This document shows, in pieces, positions 50,646-62,300 of a stretch of DNA of 64,000 nucleotides (its first letter is position 1; every line of letters begins with the position of its first letter). Location of the stretch: NCBI RefSeq assembly GCF_009914755.1, contig NC_060942.1. The stretch is one strand, 5' to 3'. The position numbers were made by a program, and so were the translations under genes. The DNA comes from the human T2T-CHM13v2.0 reference genome, Homo sapiens. The notes beneath the pieces are model-generated. The model searched no databases. It saw nothing but the letters and a program-made list of their open reading frames with translations, and was not told where the DNA came from.

Positions 50646-53354
50646 TTGGGATGTTTGCATTCAAGTCACAGAGTAGAACCTTCCTTTGGTAGAGCAGGTT
50701 TGAAACACTCTTTTTTTAGTATATGGAAGTGGACATTTGGAGCGCTTTCAGGCCTACGTTGGAAAAGGAAATATCTTCCCATAACAACTAGACAGAAGCA
50801 TTCTCAGAAACTAGTTTCTGATGTGTGTCCTCAACTAACACAGTTGAACATTTCTTTAGACAGAACAGTTTTGAAACACTCTTTTTGTGGAATCTGCAAG
50901 TGGATATTTGGCTAGATATGAGGATTTCGTTGGAAACGGGATTACATATAAAAAGCAGACAGCAGCATTCTCAGAAACTTCTTTGTGATGATTGCATTCA
51001 AGTCACAGAATTGAACATTCCCTTTCACAGAGCAGGTTTGAAACACTCTTTTTGTAGTGTGTGTAAGTGGACATTTGGAGCGCTTTCCGGCCTAAGGTGA
51101 ACAAGGAAATATCTTCCCATAAAAACTAGACAGAAGCATTCTCAGAAACTTACTCGTGATGTGTGTCCTCAACTAAAGGAGTAGAACCTTTCTTTTCATA
51201 GAGAAGTTTTGAAACGCTCTTTTTGTGGAATCTGCAAGTGGATATTTGGCTAGTTTTGAGGATTTCGTTGGAAGCGGGAATTCATACAAGATGCAGACTG
51301 CAGCGTTCTGAGAAACATCTTTGTGATGTTTGTATTCAGGACACAGAGTTGAACATTCCCTATCATAGAGCAGGTTTGAATCACTCCTTTTGTAGTATCT
51401 GGAAGTGGACATTTGGAGCGCTTTCAGGCCTATGTTGGAAAAGGAAATATCTTCCCATAACAACTAGACAGAAGCATTCCCAGAAACTTATTTGAGATGT
51501 GTGTACTCAACTATGAGAATTGAACCACCGTTTTGAAGGAGCAGTTTGGAAACACTCTTTTTCTGGAATCTGCAAGTGGATATTTGGCTAGCTTTGGGGA
51601 TTTCGCTGTAAGCGGGAATACATATAAAAAGCACACAGCAGCGTTCTGAGAAACTGCTTTCTGATGTTTGCATTCAAGTCAAAAGTTGAACACTCCCTTT
51701 CATAGAGCAGTCTTGAAACACCCCTTTTGTAGTATCTGGAACTGGAAATTTGGAGCGCCTTCAGGGCTAAGGTGAAAAAGGAAATATCTTGCCATAAAAA
51801 CTGGACAGAAGCATTCTCAGAAACTTGTTTATGCTGTATCTACTCAACTAACAAAGTTGAACCTTTCTTTTGATAGAGCAGTTTTGAAATGCTCTTTTTG
51901 TGGAATCTGCAAGTGGATATTTGGCTAGTTTTGAGGATTTCGTTGGAAGCGGGAATTCATACAAATTGCAGACTGCAGCGTTCTGAGAAACATCTTTGTG
52001 ATGTTTGTATTCAGGACACAGAGTTGAACATTCCCTATCATAGAGCAGGTTGGGATCACTCCTTTTGTAGTATCTGGAAGTGGACATTTGGAGCGCTTTC
52101 AGGCCTATGTTGGAAAAGGAAATATCTTCCCATAACAACTAGACAGAAGCATTCCCAGAAACTTATTTGAGATGTGTGTACTCAACTAAGAGAATTGAAC
52201 CACCGTTTTGAAGGAGCAGTTTGGAAACACTCTTTTTCTGGAATCTGCAAGTGGATATTTGGCTAGCTTTGGGGATTTCGCTGGAAGCGGGAATACATAT
52301 AAAAAGCACACAGCAGCGTTCTGAGAAACTGCTTTCTGATGTTTGCATTCAAGTCAAAAGTTGAACACTCCCTTTCATAGAGCAGTCTTGAAACACCCCT
52401 TTTGTAGTATCTGGAACTGGAAATTTGGAGCGCCTTCAGGGCTAAGGTGAAAAAGGAAATATCTTCCCATAAAAACTGGACAGAAGCATTCTCAGAAACT
52501 TGTTTATGCTGTATCTACTCAACTAACAAAGTTGAACCTTTCTTTTGATAGAGCAGTTTTGAAATGCTCTTTTTGTGGAATCTGCAAGTGGATATTTGGC
52601 TAGTTTTGAGGATTTCGTTGGAAGCGGGAATTCATACAAATTGCAGACTGCAGCGTTCTGAGAAACATCTTTGTGATGTTTGTATTCAGGACACAGAGTT
52701 GAACATTCCCTATCATAGAGCAGGTTGGGATCACTCCTTTTGTAGTATCTGGAAGTGGACATTTGGAGCGCTTTCAGGCCTATGTTGAAAAAGGAAAAAT
52801 CTTCCCATAACAACTAGACAGAAGCATTCTCAGAAACTTGTTGGTGATGTGTTTCCTCTACTGACAGAGTTGAACCTTTCTTTTCATAGAGCAGTTTCGA
52901 AACACTCTTTTTGTAGAATCTGCAAGAGGATATTTGCATAGCTCTGAGGATTTCGTGGGAAACGGGATTGTCTTCAGGTAAAATCTAGACAGAAGCATTC
53001 TCAGAAACTTCTTTGGGATGTTTGCATTCAAGTCACAGAGTAGAACATTCCCTTCGGTAGAGCAGGTTTGAAACACTCTTTTTGTAGTATCTGGAAGTGG
53101 ACATTTGTTGCGCTTTCAGGCCTATGTTGGAAAGGGAAATATCTTCCCGTAACAACTAGGCAGAAGCATTCTCAGAAACTTATTTGAGATGTGTGTACTC
53201 AACTAAGAGAATTGAACCACCGTTTTGAAGGAGCAGTTTGGAAACACTCTTTTTCTGGAATCTGCAAGAGGATATTTGCCTAGCTTTGAGGATTTCGTTG
53301 GAAAAGGGATTGTCTTCAGATCAAATCTAGACAGAAGCATTCTCAGAAACTTCT
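50646..53354 (+). repeat. Variant HOR: 16-mer (2709 bp), with an extra 675-bp four-monomer segment
   Basis: Anchor interval 50646 to 53355 is 2709 = 2034 + 675. Sequence switches from block-B type (GGGATC at 52052-52057) back to block-A type (TTGGAAAAGGAAATATC at 52110-52126, then ATTCCCAGAAACTTATTTG). The 4-mer ~51438-52112 is repeated at ~52113-52787. Confidence 0.97.
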
Positions 53355-56300
53355 TTGGGATGTTTGCATTCAAGTCACAGAGTAGAACATTCCTTTGGTA
53401 GAGCAGGTTTGAAACACTCTTTTTTTAGTATATGGAAGTGGACATTTGGAGCGCTTTCAGGCCTACGTTGGAAAAGGAAATATCTTCCCATAACAACTAG
53501 ACAGAAGCATTCTCAGAAACTAGTTTCTGATGTGTGTCCTCAACTAACACAGTTGAACATTTCTTTAGACAGAACAGTTTTGAAACACTCTTTTTGTGGA
53601 ATCTGCAAGTGGATATTTGGCTAGATTTGAGGATTTCGTTGGAAACGGGATTACATATAAAAAGCAGACAGCAGCATTCTCAGAAACTTCTTTGTGATGA
53701 TTGCATTCAAGTCACAGAATTGAACATTCCCTTTCACAGAGCAGGTTTGAAACACTCTTTTTGTAGTGTGTGTAAGTGGACATTTGGAGCGCTTTCCGGC
53801 CTAAGGTGAACAAGGAAATATCTTCCCATAAAAACTAGACAGAAGCATTCTCAGAAACTTACTCGTGATGTGTGTCCTCAACTAAAGGAGTAGAACCTTT
53901 CTTTTCATAGAGAAGTTTTGAAACGCTCTTTTTGTGGAATCTGCAAGTGGATATTTGGCTAGTTTGGAGGATTTCGTTGGAAGCGGGAATTCATACAAGA
54001 TGCAGACTGCAGCGTTCTGAGAAACATCTTTGTGATGTTTGTATTCAGGACACAGAGTTGAACATTCCCTATCATAGAGCAGGTTTGAATCACTCCTTTT
54101 GTAGTATCTGGAAGTGGACATTTGGAGCGCTTTCAGGCCTATGTTGGAAAAGGAAATATCTTCCCATAACAACTAGACAGAAGCATTCCCAGAAACTTAT
54201 TTGAGATGTGTGTACTCAACTAAGAGAATTGAACCACCGTTTTGAAGGAGCAGTTTGGAAACACTCTTTTTCTGGAATCTGCAAGTGGATATTTGGCTAG
54301 CTTTGGGGATTTCGCTGGAAGCGGGAATACATATAAAAAGCACACAGCAGCGTTCTGAGAAACTGCTTTCTGATGTTTGCATTCAAGTCAAAAGTTGAAC
54401 ACTCCCTTTCATAGAGCAGTCTTGAAACACCCCTTTTGTAGTATCTGGAACTGGAAATTTGGAGCGCTTTCAGGGCTAAGGTGAAAAAGGAAATATCTTC
54501 CCATAAAAACTGGACAGAAGCATTCTCAGAAACTTGTTTATGCTGTATCTACTCAACTAACAAAGTTGAACCTTTCTTTTGATAGAGCAGTTTTGAAATG
54601 CTCTTTTTGTGGAATCTGCAAGTGGATATTTGGCTAGTTTTGAGGATTTCGTTGGAAGCGGGAATTCATACAAATTGCAGACTGCAGCGTTCTGAGAAAC
54701 ATCTTTGTGATGTTTGTATTCAGGACACAGAGTTGAACATTCCCTATCATAGAGCAGGTTGGGATCACTCCTTTTGTAGTATCTGGAAGTGGACATTTGG
54801 AGCGCTTTCAGGCCTATGTTGAAAAAGGAAAAATCTTCCCATAACAACTAGACAGAAGCATTCTCAGAAACTTGTTGGTGATGTGTTTCCTCTACTGACA
54901 GAGTTGAACCTTTCTTTTCATAGAGCAGTTTCGAAACACTCTTTTTGTAGAATCTGCAAGAGGATATTTGCATAGCTCTGAGGATTTCGTGGGAAACGGG
55001 ATTGTCTTCAGGTAAAACCTAGACAGAAGCATTCTCAGAAACTTCTTCGGGATGTTTGCATTCAAGTCACAGAGTAGAACATTCCCTTTGGTAGAGCAGG
55101 TTTGAAACACTCTTTTTGTAGTATCTGGAAGTGGACATTTGTTGCGCTTTCAGGCCTATGTTGGAAACGGAAATATCTTCCCGTAACAACTAGGCAGAAG
55201 CATTCTCAGAAACTTATTTGAGATGTGTGTACTCAACTAAGAGAATTGAACCACCGTTTTGAAGGAGCAGTTTGGAAACACTCTTTTTCTGGAATCTGCA
55301 AGAGGATATTTGCCTAGCTTTGAGGATTTCGTTGGAAAAGGGATTGTCTTCAGATCAAATCTAGACAGAAGCATTCTCAGAAACTTCTTTGGGATGTTTG
55401 CATTCAAGTCACAGAGTAGAACATTCCTTTGGTAGAGCAGGTTTGAAACACTCTTTTTTTAGTATATGGAAGTGGACATTTGGAGCGCTTTCAGGCCTAC
55501 GTTGGAAAAGGAAATATCTTCCCATAACAACTAGACGGAAGCATTCTCAGAAACTAGTTTCTGATGTGTGTCCTCAACTAACACAGTTGAACATTTCTTT
55601 AGACAGAACAGTTTTGAAACACTCTTTTTGTGGAATCTGCAAGTGGATATTTGGCTAGATTTGAGGATTTCGTTGGAAACGGGATTACATATAAAAAGCA
55701 GACAGCAGCATTCTCAGAAACTTCTTTGTGATGATTGCATTCAAGTCACAGAATTGAACATTCCCTTTCACAGAGCAGGTTTGAAACACTCTTTTTGTAG
55801 TGTGTGTAAGTGGACATTTGGAGCGCTTTCCGGCCTAAGGTGAACAAGGAAATATCTTCCCATAAAAACTAGACAGAAGCATTCTCAGAAACTTACTCGT
55901 GATGTGTGTCCTCAACTAAAGGAGTAGAACCTTTCTTTTCATAGAGAAGTTTTGAAACGCTCTTTTTGTGGAATCTGCAAGTGGATATTTGGCTAGTTTG
56001 GAGGATTTCGTTGGAAGCGGGAATTCATACAAGATGCAGACTGCAGCGTTCTGAGAAACATCTTTGTGATGTTTGTATTCAGGACACAGAGTTGAACATT
56101 CCCTATCATAGAGCAGGTTTGAATCACTCCTTTTGTAGTATCTGGAAGTGGACATTTGGAGCGCTTTCAGGCCTATGTTGGAAAAGGAAATATCTTCCCA
56201 TAACAACTAGACAGAAGCATTCCCAGAAACTTATTTGAGATGTGTGTACTCAACTAAGAGAATTGAACCACCGTTTTGAAGGAGCAGTTTGGAAACACTC

Positions 56301-59300
56301 TTTTTCTGGAATCTGCAAGTGGATATTTGGCTAGCTTTGGGGATTTCGCTGGAAGCGGGAATACATATAAAAAGCACACAGCAGCGTTCTGAGAAACTGC
56401 TTTCTGATGTTTGCATTCAAGTCAAAAGTTGAACACTCCCTTTCATAGAGCAGTCTTGAAACACCCCTTTTGTAGTATCTGGAACTGGAAATTTGGAGCG
56501 CCTTCAGGGCTAAGGTGAAAAAGGAAATATCTTCCCATAAAAACTGGACAGAAGCATTCTCAGAAACTTGTTTATGCTGTATCTACTCAACTAACAAAGT
56601 TGAACCTTTCTTTTGATAGAGCAGTTTTGAAATGCTCTTTTTATGGAATCTGCAAGTGGATATTTCGCTAGTTTTGAGGATTTCGTTGGAAGCGGGAATT
56701 CATACAAATTGCAGACTGCAGCGTTCTGAGAAACATCTTTGTGATGTTTGTATTCAGGACACAGAGTTGAACATTCCCTATCATAGAGCAGGTTGGGATC
56801 ACTCCTTTTGTAGTATCTGGAAGTGGACATTTGGAGCGCTTTCAGGCCTATGTTGAAAAAGGAAAAATCTTCCCATAACAACTAGACAGAAGCATTCTCA
56901 GAAACTTGTTGGTGATGTGTTTCCTCTACTGACAGAGTTGAACCTTTCTTTTCATAGAGCAGTTCCGAAACACTCTTTTTGTAGAATCTGCAAGAGGATA
57001 TTTGCATAGCTCTGAGGATTTCGTGGGAAACGGGATTGTCTTCAGGTAAAATCTAGACAGAAGCATTCTCAGAAACTTCTTCGGGATGTTTGCATTCAAG
57101 TCACAGAGTAGAACATTCCCTTTGGTAGAGCAGGTTTGAAACACTCTTTTTGTCGTATCTGGAAGTGGACATTTGGAGCGCTTTCAGGCCTATGTTGGAA
57201 AGGGAAATATCTTCCCGTAACAACTAGGCAGAAGCATTCTCAGAAACTTATTTGAGATGTGTGTACTCAACTAAGAGAATTGAACCACCGTTTTGAAGGA
57301 GCAGTTTGGAAACACTCTTTTTCTGGAATCTGCAAGAGGATATTTGCCTAGCTTTGAGGATTTCGTTGGAAAAGGGATTGTCTTCAGATCAAATCTAGAC
57401 AGAAGCATTCTCAGAAACTTCTTTGGGATGTTTGCATTCAAGTCACAGAGTAGAACATTCCTTTGGTAGAGCAGGTTTGAAACACTCTTTTTTTAGTATA
57501 TGGAAGTGGACATTTGGAGCGCTTTCAGGCCTACGTTGGAAAAGGAAATATCTTCCCATAACAACTAGACAGAAGCATTCTCAGAAACTAGTTTCTGATG
57601 TGTGTCCTCAACTAACACAGTTGAACATTTCTTTAGACAGAACAGTTTTGAAACACTCTTTTTGTGGAATCTGCAAGTGGATATTTGGCTAGATATGAGG
57701 ATTTCGTTGGAAACGGGATTACATATAAAAAGCAGACAGCAGCATTCTCAGAAACTTCTTTGTGATGATTGCATTCAAGTCACAGAATTGAACATTCCCT
57801 TTCACAGAGCAGGTTTGAAACACTCTTTTTGTAGTGTGTGTAAGTGGACATTTGGAGCGCTTTCCGGCCTAAGGTGAACAAGGAAATATCTTCCCATAAA
57901 AACTAGACAGAAGCATTCTCAGAAACTTACTCGTGATGTGTGTCCTCAACTAAAGGAGTAGAACCTTTCTTTTCATAGAGAAGTTTTGAAACGCTCTTTT
58001 TGTGGAATCTGCAAGTGGATATTTGGCTAGTTTGGAGGATTTCGTTGGAAGCGGGAATTCATACAAGATGCAGACTGCAGCGTTCTGAGAAACATCTTTG
58101 TGATGTTTGTATTCAGGACACAGAGTTGAACATTCCCTATCATAGAGCAGGTTTGAATCACTCCTTTTGTAGTATCTGGAAGTGGACATTTGGAGCGCTT
58201 TCAGGCCTATGTTGGAAAAGGAAATATCTTCCCATAACAACTAGACAGAAGCATTCCCAGAAACTTATTTGAGATGTGTGTACTCAACTATGAGAATTGA
58301 ACCACCGTTTTGAAGGAGCAGTTTGGAAACACTCTTTTTCTGGAATCTGCAAGTGGATATTTGGCTAGCTTTGGGGATTTCGCTGTAAGCGGGAATACAT
58401 ATAAAAAGCACACAGCAGCGTTTTTAGAAACTGCTTTCTGATGTTTGCATTCAAGTCAAAAGTTGAACACTCCCTTTCATAGAGCAGTCTTGAAACACCC
58501 CTTTTGTAGTATCTGGAACTGGAAATTTGGAGCGCCTTCAGGGCTAAGGTGAAAAAGGAAATATCTTCCCATAAAAACTGGACAGAAGCATTCTCAGAAA
58601 CTTGTTTATGCTGTATCTACTCAACTAACAAAGTTGAACCTTTCTTTTGATAGAGCAGTTTTGAAATGCTCTTTTTGTGGAATCTGCAAGTGGATATTTG
58701 GCTAGTTTTGAGGATTTCGTTGGAAGCGGGAATTCATACAAATTGCAGACTGCAGCGTTCTGAGAAACATCTTTGTGATGTTTGTATTCAGGACACAGAG
58801 TTGAACATTCCCTATCATAGAGCAGGTTGGGATCACTCCTTTTGTAGTATCTGGAAGTGGACATTTGGAGCGCTTTCAGGCCTATGTTGAAAAAGGAAAA
58901 ATCTTCCCATAACAACTAGACAGAAGCATTCTCAGAAACTTGTTGGTGATGTGTTTCCTCTACTGACAGAGTTGAACCTTTCTTTTCATAGAGCAGTTTC
59001 GAAACACTCTTTTTGTAGAATCTGCAAGAGGATGTTTGCATGGCTCTGAGGATTTCGTGGGAAACGGGATTGTCTTCAGGTAAAATCTAGACAGAAGCAT
59101 TCTCAGAAACTTCTTCGGGATGTTTGCATTCAAGTCACAGAGTAGAACATTCCCTTCGGTAGAGCAGGTTTGAAACACTCTTTTTGTAGTATCTGGAAGT
59201 GGACATTTGTTGCGCTTTCAGGCCTATGTTGGAAAGGGAAATATCTTCCCGTAACAACTAGGCAGAAGCATTCTCAGAAACTTATTTGAGATGTGTGTAC

Positions 59301-62300
59301 TCAACTAAGAGAATTGAACCACCGTTTTGAAGGAGCAGTTTGGAAACACTCTTTTTCTGGAATCTGCAAGAGGATATTTGCCTAGCTTTGAGGATTTCGT
59401 TGGAAAAGGGATTGTCTTCAGATCAAATCTAGACAGAAGCATTCTCAGAAACTTCTTTGGGATGTTTGCATTCAAGTCACAGAGTAGAACATTCCTTTGG
59501 TAGAGCAGGTTTGAAACACTCTTTTTTTAGTATATGGAAGTGGACATTTGGAGCGCTTTCAGGCCTACGTTGGAAAAGGAAATATCTTCCCATAACAACT
59601 AGACAGAAGCATTCTCAGAAACTAGTTTCTGATGTGTGTCCTCAACTAACACAGTTGAACATTTCTTTAGACAGAACAGTTTTGAAACACTCTTTTTGTG
59701 GAATCTGCAAGTGGATATTTGGCTAGATTTGAGGATTTCGTTGGAAACGGGATTACATATAAAAAGCAGACAGCAGCATTCTCAGAAACTTCTTTGTGAT
59801 GATTGCATTCAAGTCACAGAATTGAACATTCCCTTTCACAGAGCAGGTTTGAAACACTCTTTTTGTAGTGTGTGTAAGTGGACATTTGGAGCACTTTCCG
59901 GCCTAAGGTGAACAAGGAAATATCTTCCCATAAAAACTAGACAGAAGCATTCTCAGAAACTTACTCGTGATGTGTGTCCTCAACTAAAGGAGTAGAACCT
60001 TTCTTTTCATAGAGAAGTTTTGAAACGCTTTTTGTGGAATCTGCAAGTGGATATTTGGCTAGTTTGGAGGATTTCGTTGGAAGCGGGAATTCATACAAGA
60101 TGCAGACTGCAGCGTTCTGAGAAACATCTTTGTGATGTTTGTATTCAGGACACAGAGTTGAACATTCCCTATCATAGAGCAGGTTTGAATCACTCCTTTT
60201 GTAGTATCTGGAAGTGGACATTTGGAGCGCTTTCAGGCCTATGTTGGAAAAGGAAATATCTTCCCATAACAACTAGACAGAAGCATTCCCAGAAACTTAT
60301 TTGAGATGTGTGTACTCAACTAAGAGAATTGAACCACCGTTTTGAAGGAGCAGTTTGGAAACACTCTTTTTCTGGAATCTGCAAGTGGATATTTGGCTAG
60401 CTTTGGGGATTTCGCTGGAAGCGGGAATACATATAAAAAGCACACAGCAGCGTTCTGAGAAACTGCTTTCTGATGTTTGCATTCAAGTCAAAAGTTGAAC
60501 ACTCCCTTTCATAGAGCAGTCTTGAAACACCCCTTTTGTAGTATCTGGAACTGGAAATTTGGAGCGCCTTCAGGGCTAAGGTGAAAAAGGAAATATCTTC
60601 CCATAAAAACTGGACAGAAGCATTCTCAGAAACTTGTTTATGCTGTATCTACTCAACTAACAAAGTTGAACCTTTCTTTTGATAGAGCAGTTTTGAAATG
60701 CTCTTTTTGTGGAATCTGCAAGTGGATATTTGGCTAGTTTTGAGGATTTCGTTGGAAGCGGGAATTCATACAAATTGCAGACTGCAGCGTTCTGAGAAAC
60801 ATCTTTGTGATGTTTGTATTCAGGACACAGAGTTGAACATTCCCTATCATAGAGCAGGTTGGGATCACTCCTTTTGTAGTATCTGGAAGTGGACATTTGG
60901 AGCGCTTTCAGGCCTATGTTGAAAAAGGAAAAATCTTCCCATAACAACTAGACAGAAGCATTCTCAGAAACTTGTTGGTGATGTGTTTCCTCTACTGACA
61001 GAGTTGAACCTTTCTTTTCATAGAGCAGTTTCGAAACACTCTTTTTGTAGAATCTGCAAGAGGATATTTGCATAGCTCTGAGGATTTCGTGGGAAACGGG
61101 ATTGTCTTCAGGTAAAATCTAGACAGAAGCATTCTCAGAAACTTCTTCGGGATGTTTGCATTCAAGTCACAGAGTAGAACATTCCCTTTGGTAGAGCAGG
61201 TTTGAAACACTCTTTTTGTAGTATCTGGAAGTGGACATTTGTTGCGCTTTCAGGCCTATGTTGGAAAGGGAAATATCTTCCCGTAACAACTAGGCAGAAG
61301 CATTCTCAGAAACTTATTTGAGATGTGTGTACTCAACTAAGAGAATTGAACCACCGTTTTGAAGGAGCAGTTTGGAAACACTCTTTTTCTGGAATCTGCA
61401 AGAGGATATTTGCCTAGCTTTGAGGATTTCGTTGGAAAAGGGATTGTCTTCAGATCAAATCTAGACAGAAGCATTCTCAGAAACTTCTTTGGGATGTTTG
61501 CATTCAAGTCACAGAGTAGAACATTCCTTTGGTAGAGCAGGTTTGAAACACTCTTTTTTTAGTATATGGAAGTGGACATTTGGAGCGCTTTCAGGCCTAC
61601 GTTGGAAAAGGAAATATCTTCCCATAACAACTAGACAGAAGCATTCTCAGAAACTAGTTTCTGATGTGTGTCCTCAACTAACACAGTTGAACATTTCTTT
61701 AGACAGAACAGTTTTGAAACACTCTTTTTGTGGAATCTGCAAGTGGATATTTGGCTAGATTTGAGGATTTCGTTGGAAACGGGATTACATATAAAAAGCA
61801 GACAGCAGCATTCTCAGAAACTTCTTTGTGATGATTGCATTCAAGTCACAGAATTGAACATTCCCTTTCACAGAGCAGGTTTGAAACACTCTTTTTGTAG
61901 TGTGTGTAAGTGGACATTTGGAGCGCTTTCCGGCCTAAGGTGAACAAGGAAATATCTTCCCATAAAAACTAGACAGAAGCATTCTCAGAAACTTACTCGT
62001 GATGTGTGTCCTCAACTAAAGGAGTAGAACCTTTCTTTTCATAGAGAAGTTTTGAAACGCTCTTTTTGTGGAATCTGCAAGTGGATATTTGGCTAGTTTG
62101 GAGGATTTCGTTGGAAGCGGGAATTCATACAAGATGCAGACTGCAGCGTTCTGAGAAACATCTTTGTGATGTTTGTATTCAGGACACAGAGTTGAACATT
62201 CCCTATCATAGAGCAGGTTTGAATCACTCCTTTTGTAGTATCTGGAAGTGGACATTTGGAGCGCTTTCAGGCCTATGTTGGAAAAGGAAATATCTTCCCA

